Shown here: in pieces, positions 26,767 to 34,730 of the stretch | Layout of the letters: each line of letters opens with the position of its first letter | Numbering within the stretch: position 1 is the stretch's first letter | DNA from: an uncultured Methanosarcinales archaeon | GTDB lineage: Archaea > Nanobdellota > Nanobdellia > Woesearchaeales > UBA12501 | DNA length: 64,000 nt | Assembly: GCA_964397315.1 (NCBI GenBank) | Contig: CAYNHV010000004.1 | Coordinates: forward strand, 1,081-65,080 | Direction: 5' to 3' | Translations under genes and position numbers: made by a program | Notes under the pieces: generated by a model | Database searches by the model: none | Told to the model about the DNA's origin: nothing | What the model saw: only the letters and a program-made list of their open reading frames with translations

Positions 26767-28455
26767 ATGGGTAAAGAAAAAGAGATTCTAGAGCTTATCA
26801 AAAACCAGACAGGCTCAAACAACCAGAAGGGGTGGCCTGTCGCAGTCAAGGACAGGATCTCATACCACTGCGCGTCTGACGGGGATGTTAAGCCTGCCAA
26901 TGTGGCAGTAACCTTCCTCTGGACGATGAGGGACGAGGTTCTGCCAAAGCTTGAGAAGAAAAACCTGGCCATAGCATCCAACTTCTACACTCCATCCGGC
27001 CTGAACGGCATGGTGAGGAACATACTGGGCAACCCATGCATCAGATACATAATAATGCTCGGAGAGGAATACTCATCAAAAGAGGAAAAGGACAAGAACA
27101 CGGACATGACAAGCGCAAATGCGCTCAGGAAGTTTTTTGAGAAAGGAATCAGCGAGGAAAGGCAGGTTCCCGGCTTTGAGCAGTCAGTGTACTTTGACAA
27201 GCACATACCAGCAGAGATGATAAACAAGGTGAGAGAGAACGTTGAGCTCATAGACCTCAACAGCAGGTTTCCTGATCACACCCTGCAGCAGAAGATTGAA
27301 GAGGCGAACAGGCTGATAAGAGAGCTTGACAGTAAGGAGCCCTTCCTTGACAAGCCAATGACCTTTGACTATGAGGAGGCATCAGAATCATCGCCTCATG
27401 AGGGAGGTCCTATAACAGTCAGCGGGACCACAATCCCCAGGACCTGGCTTGAGATAATGCATTTCATATACAAGTATGGCAAGAGCAATCTAATGAATGC
27501 AGACACAGACAGGTGGGTCAAAGAGGTGAACAACCTTGTGGCTGTGATACATGACCCCCAGAGCACTGACCTCAGCGTCAACCCTTTCCTGGTGCCGCTT
27601 ACAAAAGAAAAAATAAAATCCTACCAGGAGGAGATACTCTCTCCAAGGCTGCCTGAGGGAAAAGCCTATACCTACGGCAACAAGCTCAGGGCCTACTTCC
27701 ACCCTGATCCTGAAAGGATAAAGGAGCTTGTCACGACAAAGGAATACAAGGACTTTGAATTCGGCCAGGGCCCCCACATTGACGCCAATGTGAAGTATAG
27801 CAATGAATACTGCGAGATAGACCAGCTCCAGGATATTGTTGATGTCTTAAAGAGGGACATGTACTCAAAAGCCTGCATGGGAATGACATGGCACGTTGCA
27901 GACGAGCTTATGAGAAAGCACAAGAGCTCTCCCTGCCTGACGCAGATACAGGCAATGGTTGTTGAGGAGAAGCTTAACCTCACGATACACTTCAGGAGCC
28001 ATGACATGGCCCAGGGATGGCCTGAGAACGCTTATGGCTGCGCTGCAATACAGAAATTCATAGCTGAGGGCGTAGGTGTTGAGCCCGGCATACTCACTAT
28101 AATATCAAGCTCAGCGCAGATATACAAGCACTACTACAAGCAGATAGAGGAAACCCTGAAGAAGTTCAGGAAGTTTGAGCCGGACTATAACGACCCGAGA
28201 GGATTCTTCACTGTTGAGCTCAAGGAGGGGAAGATAGTGGTCAACCATCATGATCCTGTTAACAACAGGGTCATAGACATGTGGGAGGGAAAGACCGCAA
28301 AGAGCTTGAGGGAGCAGATAGGCCATTCAAACATGATAAACACAGGCCACAGCATCTACCTGGGAGAGCAGCTTGCAAAAGCTGAGACAGCACTTAAGAA
28401 CGGCCTTGAGTTTGAGCAGGACAAGGAGCTGAAGGTGAAACAAAGTGGAAGTTGA
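26767..28455 (+). CDS. Fusion protein: MtrA-like N-terminal domain, thymidylate synthase (ThyA)-like core, DUF4346-like C-terminal domain
   Basis: N-terminus: GWPV..ANVAVTFLWT and GMVRNILGNPCIRYIIMLGEE (MtrA-like). Core: SSPCLTQIQAMVVEEKLNLTIHFRSHDMAQGWPENAYG (ThyA PCH..FQF / RS.D pattern with the catalytic Cys). C-terminus: DPRGFFTVEL...GHSIYLGEQLAKAETAL (DUF4346-like). Domain names are from memory. Confidence 0.7.
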   Translation: MGKEKEILELIKNQTGSNNQKGWPVAVKDRISYHCASDGDVKPANVAVTFLWTMRDEVLPKLEKKNLAIASNFYTPSGLNGMVRNILGNPCIRYIIMLGEEYSSKEEKDKNTDMTSANALRKFFEKGISEERQVPGFEQSVYFDKHIPAEMINKVRENVELIDLNSRFPDHTLQQKIEEANRLIRELDSKEPFLDKPMTFDYEEASESSPHEGGPITVSGTTIPRTWLEIMHFIYKYGKSNLMNADTDRWVKEVNNLVAVIHDPQSTDLSVNPFLVPLTKEKIKSYQEEILSPRLPEGKAYTYGNKLRAYFHPDPERIKELVTTKEYKDFEFGQGPHIDANVKYSNEYCEIDQLQDIVDVLKRDMYSKACMGMTWHVADELMRKHKSSPCLTQIQAMVVEEKLNLTIHFRSHDMAQGWPENAYGCAAIQKFIAEGVGVEPGILTIISSSAQIYKHYYKQIEETLKKFRKFEPDYNDPRGFFTVELKEGKIVVNHHDPVNNRVIDMWEGKTAKSLREQIGHSNMINTGHSIYLGEQLAKAETALKNGLEFEQDKELKVKQSGS

Positions 28456-28990
28456 AGTAAGGGCAAAAGTTGATGATCTCAGCAGCATAAGAAGCAGGCT
28501 TGAGGAAATGGGGGCTGTTTTCGGGAAAGAGACAAGACAGGCTGACCGCATATTCAAGAGAAGAGGGGAGGAGAAAAAAGAGCAGGGGCCAGGTGATTTC
28601 ATCCTGAGGGTGAGGGACAATCACAAGAAGAAATTCACATTCAAGGGGCTTACAGAGACAACAGGCGCTTGGGAGGAGCATGAAGTTGAGATTGACGACG
28701 CAGAAGAGATGATAAAAATCCTTGAGCGCACCGGATTTGCGGAGTGCCTTGCAATGACAAAAAGGAGAATCATAGGAAAACTTGATGATTTTGAGGTCTG
28801 CCTTGATGACATCAAAGAGCTAGGAACCTATATTGAGGTTGAGCTCGGGTCAGACAATGCCCAGGAAGCAAAGGACATGATAATGGGCCTGCTCAAAAAG
28901 CTGGGGATTGACGAGAGCAATGTGGAGCACAAGGGTTATGTTGCCCTGCTCTTTGAGAAACAGGGGGTTGTATTCAAAGGAACAGGATAA
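28445..28990 (+). CDS. CYTH domain protein (class IV adenylate cyclase / triphosphatase fold)
   Basis: N-terminal EVEVRAKV (ExExK), FILRVRD, and YIEVEL. GTG start overlaps the upstream stop by 11 nt. Confidence 0.8.
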   Translation: MEVEVRAKVDDLSSIRSRLEEMGAVFGKETRQADRIFKRRGEEKKEQGPGDFILRVRDNHKKKFTFKGLTETTGAWEEHEVEIDDAEEMIKILERTGFAECLAMTKRRIIGKLDDFEVCLDDIKELGTYIEVELGSDNAQEAKDMIMGLLKKLGIDESNVEHKGYVALLFEKQGVVFKGTG

Positions 28991-29005
28991 AAAAGAGGTG
29001 GCAAA

Positions 29006-29146
29006 GTGGTGATAAAGAGAAACAGGAAAGCTAAGGCGCAGACATTGAGAGGTAACGGCAGCGGAAAGATAAGCTACAGAGCCAGGAGCAGCAGCCAGAA
29101 GCTGGGAAAGTTCTTTGCAGAAGAGGATGAGGAAGAAGAGGATTAG
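29006..29146 (+). CDS. Possible 46-aa protein, basic N-terminus and acidic C-terminus
   Basis: GTG start 5 nt after AGAGGTG. VIKRNRKAKAQTLRGNGSGKISYRARSSSQKLGKFFAEEDEEEED. Below the ORF-track cutoff. Confidence 0.35.
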   Translation: MVIKRNRKAKAQTLRGNGSGKISYRARSSSQKLGKFFAEEDEEEED

Positions 29147-30630
29147 CTGTTCTTTTTTGCAGGGCTTATCCTCCTCACAATGCCCTTGTTGGCATCCACC
29201 TCCAGTTCATCACCATCCTTAAATGCCTTTGTTGCTGCCTTGGTTCCGATTATACAGGGTATTTTGAATTCTCTGCTTACAATCGCAGCATGGCATAATA
29301 TGCCCCCTTCATCTGTGACTATCGCCTTTGCCTTGTTTATCGCGGGCATATAGTCTGGGTTTGTCATCGGGCACACCAACACCCTGCCTTTTTTCATCTT
29401 GTTTATCCTGTCAGAGTGCATAATAACAAAGGCCCTGCCTTTCACTCTGCCCAGATACACAGGTATTCCATTAAGCTGCTCAGCATCAGCAGGACTCTCA
29501 TTGATATGCCTCCTGATATCCTTAATCTGGTTTTTGTCAAGCTCGTATATTTTGCTCCCTAATCTTAAGAGGCCTGGGTGTTCTCTTCTACTCTTTATTC
29601 TGCGTTCAGGAATTTCTTCGCCATCCAGCAGATGAGATATCTCGGCAGGCATCAATTCTATAACATCATAATGGCTGAATCCCCCATACTGCCCGATTCT
29701 TGTGAACAGATTCCTGCAATTATTGCCTGAGATGGATATGGAGTCCCAATTGAACATTTTAACATTGACTAAAGTGCGTATCAGATCAACATACTCCTTT
29801 ATTTTGATTTGTCTATTCTCTATTTTATTTATGAGGGTGTTGATTTCCTTTTCAGTATTAAGTCTTTTTTCTTGGATTTCTTTGAGCTCTTCCTCAGCGT
29901 GGGTTATCTTCTTCAAGCGCTTGAGATAGTAATCTGCTTCGTATACGGGCTCGTTCCAATTAGGGCTTTTCATCCATCCATATTCTTCCTTGTGTTTCTG
30001 CAGCAACTCGTCTTTATCAGCGGAATCAGCCATTGAAATTTTAGTCAGGTCCCTTTTCTCTTTAATCATCAACGCTTCTTCCTTGGGATGAGTCAGCCTG
30101 GCAAACAACGAATCTGCTTCCTCAGCAGAGTATTTCCTGAGCTTTTCCTTTAAAGCATCAGCCAATACCTCGTCAACCATTTGAATGGTATACGCCAGGG
30201 CCATGTTGGGCTTTACCTTATTGAGAAAACGGCTGAAAAGCTTCTTTAGCTCTTCAGGAGGTGTTTTGCTTAAATCTCTTTTTTTCACTTCAAGTGAGAA
30301 CTTAATTGCTTCATTGCCTTTTCTTCTTATTAAGTCAGCATATTTCCTGAAATAAGTTATCCCTTCTTTTTTCAGCTTGTTCCGATAATGCCTAATATAC
30401 TCCTCATAATCCCTCTGGTCAATATAATTTTCCCCATATATACTTAAAAAATTATGAAACCATAGATTGAATCCCAGCTTCTTTAAGATTTCCTTGTCGG
30501 TGCTCTCAATAATCATGCATTCCATAAGGAAAGGTGTTTTCCATTTACCTATCTTTCTCCATTCAATCCTATTGGCTCTGTCCATTTGCAGAAAATACAC
30601 TCGCATTATATATTTAAATATCTTTCCCAA
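29143..30630 (-). CDS. PEP-utilizing-enzyme mobile (swivel phosphohistidine) domain protein with uncharacterised N-terminal region
   Basis: The C-terminus MTNPDYMPAINKAKAIVTDEGGILCHAAIVSREFKIPCI is the PEP-utilizer mobile domain. There is no ATP-grasp or PEP-binding domain. The true start is uncertain (30630, 30606 or 30585) given the TATA palindrome at 30610-30621. Confidence 0.7.
   Translation of the reverse strand: MGKIFKYIMRVYFLQMDRANRIEWRKIGKWKTPFLMECMIIESTDKEILKKLGFNLWFHNFLSIYGENYIDQRDYEEYIRHYRNKLKKEGITYFRKYADLIRRKGNEAIKFSLEVKKRDLSKTPPEELKKLFSRFLNKVKPNMALAYTIQMVDEVLADALKEKLRKYSAEEADSLFARLTHPKEEALMIKEKRDLTKISMADSADKDELLQKHKEEYGWMKSPNWNEPVYEADYYLKRLKKITHAEEELKEIQEKRLNTEKEINTLINKIENRQIKIKEYVDLIRTLVNVKMFNWDSISISGNNCRNLFTRIGQYGGFSHYDVIELMPAEISHLLDGEEIPERRIKSRREHPGLLRLGSKIYELDKNQIKDIRRHINESPADAEQLNGIPVYLGRVKGRAFVIMHSDRINKMKKGRVLVCPMTNPDYMPAINKAKAIVTDEGGILCHAAIVSREFKIPCIIGTKAATKAFKDGDELEVDANKGIVRRISPAKKNS
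30610..30621. promoter_or_regulatory. Perfectly palindromic TATA-like element in a divergent spacer
   Basis: ATATTTAAATAT lies 48 nt upstream of ATG 30664 (which has AGGAGGG) and about 30 nt upstream of Met16 of the minus-strand gene. Confidence 0.35.
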
Positions 30631-30663
30631 AACTTTTTATAGCCATTCTCAAACCAGGAGGGC

Positions 30664-31227
30664 ATGATAATAGGGGTTACAGGAACTATAGGCGCCGGCA
30701 AGGACACTGTCCTGGATTATCTTGTGGCAAAGGGCTTCTCTAAGTTCTCCTTCTCAGACTTAATAAGGGAGGAAGCAAGAAAAAGAGGCTACGGAATGGG
30801 CAGGAAAAGCCTTGAGGAATTCGGCGACCTTATCAGAAAAGAGCATGGTGACGAGGCAGTGTTCGCGGGAAGGATACTCAGGGAGATTAATGAGAGGGGA
30901 ATAAAAGACGCTGTGGCGGGGGGGATAAGACAGCCATGGGAGATAAGGGAGTTCAGGAACAAGAGTGATTTTTTTCTTATTGCTGTTGACGCTGACCAGA
31001 AGGCCCGCTTTGAGAGGACCAGAAACAGGGGCGGCTCCACTGACACTGACGACCTTGAGGAGTTCAGGGAGTTTGACAGGAGAGAGTATGAGGGAAAGGG
31101 CAGCACCCACCAGCAGATAAAAGCGAGCATGGACATGGCAGACTTTATCGTGCAGAACAACGGCTCTTACGAAGAATTATACAAGCAGGTGGATGACATA
31201 CTGAAGAAGCTACACTGGAAGGCCTGA
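30664..31227 (+). CDS. P-loop nucleotide kinase (CoaE/dNMP-kinase-like, archaeal UPF0200-like)
   Basis: IIGVTGTIGAGKDTV Walker A, ~187 aa, NMP-kinase-like layout. Confidence 0.65.
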   Translation: MIIGVTGTIGAGKDTVLDYLVAKGFSKFSFSDLIREEARKRGYGMGRKSLEEFGDLIRKEHGDEAVFAGRILREINERGIKDAVAGGIRQPWEIREFRNKSDFFLIAVDADQKARFERTRNRGGSTDTDDLEEFREFDRREYEGKGSTHQQIKASMDMADFIVQNNGSYEELYKQVDDILKKLHWKA

Positions 31228-31830
31228 CCTTTTGGGGATGGCCCCGCTCTTTCTGAACTCATTGTAGATCATTATATCCTCAAGACCAAAATCCACACCC
31301 ATCCTTGGAGCACGAGAGTTGAGAAGATTCTCCTCGCCTCCAAAGTACTTGAATATGTCAGTAATCCCCCCTTTTATCACAGAATCCATTCCCTGCCCCA
31401 TGACCCTTTCTATCTCAGACAGAGGGATGCCTGCAAACCTGCCAAGCCCCAAAAGAACATCAGTAAACCTGGATGCGTGAGCGCAGAAGTCGCGCATTGT
31501 GCTCACGCACTGGTCCACATACAGGCCGCCTATGTCAGCCTTGGAAACACCGTAATCCAGCAGGGCTTTCTTTGCAGCGAAGTACTGGGATATGTTCCTG
31601 TAATTGTGCCTGCAGGAGTTAAGAGGGTGTACAGGAATTATGCTGTCCTTAAACTCCTTCAATTAGGAAGGGATAGGCATTGGGTCTGCGTTGAGGAAGA
31701 ATACAGGCCTTCTGTCATCCAGGCAGGCTTCCACCTCTCTTTCAATGGCCGCCTTAAGATACTTGTGCGCATTTCTCGCTTCATCCATGTATCTCTTGTC
31801 AGCGTGCACTATGACCAATGCATCTTTCAT
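31210..31830 (-). pseudogene. Isochorismatase/cysteine-hydrolase-like gene interrupted by one in-frame TAA (31663-31665)
   Basis: ATG 31830, then 55 codons (MKDALVIVHADKRY...), then TAA, then the 150-codon ORF in the same frame (VSKADIGGLYVDQCVSTMRDF resembles the Cys motif of the fold). There is no SD before the downstream TTG. Confidence 0.5.
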
Positions 31831-31869
31831 TTTGACAAAACTGCAGTGTCTTAATGATTCTTCAGCCAG

Positions 31870-32109
31870 TCACCCAATCCTTAAAAGCTTCTCCCTTGAC
31901 CTCTTTCCCGAGACAATCTCAATCTTCCTCTTTAGCAGCTTTGAGAAGAATCTTATTATCTCAATGTTTGCCTTGTTCTTTTCAGGAGGGGCTGCGACAT
32001 CAACCCGCAGCGCATTTCTCGCTTCATCCACTGCTCTTATCTGAGTCTTGGGAGATCCTGGCCTTATTATGACCCTGAGCAGGTTGTCTCCTGCCTTAGG
32101 AAGGTCCAT
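31870..32109 (-). CDS. DUF167 (YggU-like) family protein
   Basis: LRVIIRPGSPKTQI...LRVDVAAPPEKNKANIEIIRFFSKLL...IVSGKRSREK matches the YggU pattern. Confidence 0.75.
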   Translation of the reverse strand: MDLPKAGDNLLRVIIRPGSPKTQIRAVDEARNALRVDVAAPPEKNKANIEIIRFFSKLLKRKIEIVSGKRSREKLLRIG

Positions 32110-32436
32110 CTAATCATACTCCCTCCATGTATGCTTGCATTTTGTGCACCTGAAGAACCTTGTCTCTGCCTCATCGCCCGCCCTTGTCTGGACAAGCCAG
32201 TAGAAGGCTCTGGTGTTGTGGCATTTTGGACATTCAGCATCCACTTCAGGAAGAGACTGCTGCGCGTCAGATTTCTCTATAACCTCAACGTCCTCCTTCT
32301 TCTCTGCAGTGTCCTTGAGCCTTACCTCCTTGGCATCCTTGATATCCTTTGTCTTATATCCGCATGTGCAGGCAAGCCATTTCTTGTTGCCGTCCTTTTT
32401 GGGAATGAGTATTCCCCCGCATTTTGGGCAAAACAT
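32110..32436 (-). CDS. tfs: Transcription factor S (TFS / RpoM-like)
   Basis: N-terminal Zn ribbon FCPKCGG...CTCG. C-terminal ECPKCHN...QTRAGDEAETRFFRCTKCKHTW with the acidic hairpin. Confidence 0.9.
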   Translation of the reverse strand: MFCPKCGGILIPKKDGNKKWLACTCGYKTKDIKDAKEVRLKDTAEKKEDVEVIEKSDAQQSLPEVDAECPKCHNTRAFYWLVQTRAGDEAETRFFRCTKCKHTWREYD

Positions 32437-32460
32437 TCTTATCAGCCTCCTCTGGTTTAT

Positions 32461-33108
32461 CTAATTTATTATGTGAAAAAACTGCAAAAGCTTGACAAAC
32501 CATATCTTTATATAGCCAAGGTAGGGTATCTTCAGCATCGCCTCCCCCACAATATCCTCCCTCATTATGTTTGTCTCGTCAATGACTTTTATCCGGCTTC
32601 CTGATTTTCCTGTATAAACCCTGAGAGGCTCCCTGTTGTTATCACCCTTTGTCTTGAGGCGCATCTCTCCGTCCACCCCCCATCTGCTCACTACCCTGTG
32701 GATGATGGGCTCTCTCCTGCCCCCCCAAAACACGACCACATCACCCACCTCAATCCTGTTATGGCCGTAGACAACCATTATATCCCCCTTGTTAAAGCCG
32801 TTGTGGAAGGGGAATGACTCAAACTCATCCCTGGATATGCCATTCTCCATATACCACTCATTGTTGTTGTTCCACCACTGCTCAAAGTCCAGGCCGTTGT
32901 GCTCCATGCTCTGCGATACAACAGCCACAACAGGGTACTGGGTGCCCAGCACCAGGCCGAGGAAAGGGTAAACAACCCATTTTATGACCACAAAAGCCAC
33001 GATTATGTTCACTATCCAGCTCAGGAGAGTGTCCTCCTCCCAGAAGAAGTGCCAGAACCTCCCCCATATCTCTCTCAAGCGTTTTAGATAACTGCCGGAA
33101 TTTCCCAT
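32461..33108 (-). CDS. Signal peptidase I, archaeal/ER type (S26B)
   Basis: TM anchor, VVSQSMEH (Ser box), GDIMVVYG, and IIHRVV. Confidence 0.8.
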   Translation of the reverse strand: MGNSGSYLKRLREIWGRFWHFFWEEDTLLSWIVNIIVAFVVIKWVVYPFLGLVLGTQYPVVAVVSQSMEHNGLDFEQWWNNNNEWYMENGISRDEFESFPFHNGFNKGDIMVVYGHNRIEVGDVVVFWGGRREPIIHRVVSRWGVDGEMRLKTKGDNNREPLRVYTGKSGSRIKVIDETNIMREDIVGEAMLKIPYLGYIKIWFVKLLQFFHIIN

Positions 33109-33166
33109 ATATCGGAAAGTCGCTGGAAAGGATTAAAATAAAAAGGTTTTGTTTTTAATCAGAAAG

Positions 33167-33178
33167 ATATTTAAATGG
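33167..33178 (+). promoter_or_regulatory. TATA-like box for the NMD3-like gene
   Basis: ATATTTAAATGG is centred about 26 nt upstream of ATG 33198. Confidence 0.45.
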
Positions 33179-33197
33179 CTGACTATGTGCCTGGTGC

Positions 33198-34154
33198 ATG
33201 AAATTCTGCCCCAGATGCGGCAAAAAGGGAATAACAGGGGAATTCTGCAGCAAGTGCCATGCAGAAATGATAGGATCCATACTTGAGTTCAGGGAGATAG
33301 AGATAAAGGTCTGCCCGCTGTGCATGAAATATCTGTTGAAGAACAAGTGGGTGAGGTTTGACAGCCTTGAGGTTGCGGTGAGAAAGGCTGTTAAGGAGAA
33401 CATGAAGAAGAGGATAAATGCAGCCATAACCCCCCTTCTTCCGGAGATACAGTTCAAGCCGGGCAGGAAGTACGAGTTTGAGGCAGAGATAGCATTCCCC
33501 CACAATGAGAAATACTATATTCCTGTAAGGCTGGAGATGGTGAGATGCAGGAGATGCGAGAAGCAGGGAACGAGCTATTATGAGGGGATCCTGCAGCTGA
33601 GAAGCCCCACCAAAGAGATTATTGAGTTTGTCAGAAGGGACGTGGAGAGGAACAGCAGGAGAGGTGTTTTCATAACAAAAGAGAAAAAGGTGCCGAAAGG
33701 CATTGACCTCTACATTACATCCCAGAGATACATCCAGCAGCTCGGCCACAGGCTGCACAAGAGATTCGGAGGGATACTCAAGATAAGCCCCAGCATTTAT
33801 TCAAGAGACAGGCAGACCAGCAGGGAGACGCACAGGGTAAACGTCTATTTCCAGATGCTGGGGTTCAGGCAGGGAGACGTAGTCAAGAGTGGCAGCAAGC
33901 TTATAAAGGTGTCAAGCACCGGAAAGCACGTCACAGGCACAAACCTCCTGACAGGAAAAAGGACTTCCTTTGACTGCAAGGAGAATGTTGAAGCGCTTGA
34001 AAAGAGAAAGACAGAGGTTGTCAAGTCATACCCTGATGTTGAGGTGCTTGACCCGGAGACCTACCAGCCAGTAAAGGTGGAAAACAGGAAAAGGGCGGAA
34101 CAGGGGGATGAGGTTGAGGTCGTCAATGACAACGGAAGATTCTACATTGTATGA
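33198..34154 (+). CDS. NMD3 family protein (archaeal homologue of the 60S export adaptor)
   Basis: N-terminal Cys clusters FCPRCG..FCSKCH, CPLC, CRRC, and ~320 aa length, as in archaeal NMD3. Confidence 0.7.
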   Translation: MKFCPRCGKKGITGEFCSKCHAEMIGSILEFREIEIKVCPLCMKYLLKNKWVRFDSLEVAVRKAVKENMKKRINAAITPLLPEIQFKPGRKYEFEAEIAFPHNEKYYIPVRLEMVRCRRCEKQGTSYYEGILQLRSPTKEIIEFVRRDVERNSRRGVFITKEKKVPKGIDLYITSQRYIQQLGHRLHKRFGGILKISPSIYSRDRQTSRETHRVNVYFQMLGFRQGDVVKSGSKLIKVSSTGKHVTGTNLLTGKRTSFDCKENVEALEKRKTEVVKSYPDVEVLDPETYQPVKVENRKRAEQGDEVEVVNDNGRFYIV

Positions 34155-34160
34155 TATCGC

Positions 34161-34673
34161 GTGAAAATGGCTGAAAGAAAATGCGTAAAGTGCGGGGGCA
34201 GGGGATTCATGAACGGTTTCTGCAGAAAGCACTTCATAGAGAACATAGAAAAGAGAGTGAAGAAGGGCATAAGGCAGAACAGTCTTATAGAAAGGAATGA
34301 GAGCCTTGTTGCGGAAGATATGCTATGCAGGCACTTTATTGAGAATGTTATAAATGTGCCAGTGAAAGTTAAAAAAAGCGGAAAAGGCAGGAGAGTCATC
34401 CCCTGGAGCATGGATGATGAGATACTGCAATTCCTTGCCGCGCTGTTCAGCAGCAAAGAGCTTAAAGAAAGTGAGGACAAGAGCATAAAACTGTTCAGGA
34501 CAATAAAGGACAACGAGCTGGAGGCATACGCCCGGCTTAAGGGGGCAAAATTCAGCAGGAAACGGACTGCTCAGGAGAGAAGGATTCTCAGCGAGCTTGA
34601 CCGGCTTGAGAAAGACCACAAGGAAACAAGGTTCAGCCTCCTCAGGAGCATTGAAGAGATAAGGGGCTTATGA
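34161..34673 (+). CDS. Zn-finger protein resembling only the N-terminal finger of NcsA/TtuA-type thiolases
   Basis: KCVKCGGRGFMNGFCRKHFIENIEKRVKKGI resembles the N-terminal finger plus helix of PP-loop tRNA thiolases, but no SGGKDS PP-loop is present. Confidence 0.4.
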   Translation: MKMAERKCVKCGGRGFMNGFCRKHFIENIEKRVKKGIRQNSLIERNESLVAEDMLCRHFIENVINVPVKVKKSGKGRRVIPWSMDDEILQFLAALFSSKELKESEDKSIKLFRTIKDNELEAYARLKGAKFSRKRTAQERRILSELDRLEKDHKETRFSLLRSIEEIRGL

Positions 34674-34730
34674 AAATCTTCCGTTTCTGCAGGGCAAAAA
34701 CATATAAATAAAGGAATAGGCTGATTATTA

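Noticed and set aside
31663-31665. Genome-wide reassignment of TAA as a sense codon
   Set aside because: TAA terminates well-supported genes at the expected positions in this window (for example rpl21e, the K-rich gene and the CYTH gene). Only a local event (mutation, error or readthrough) remains plausible.
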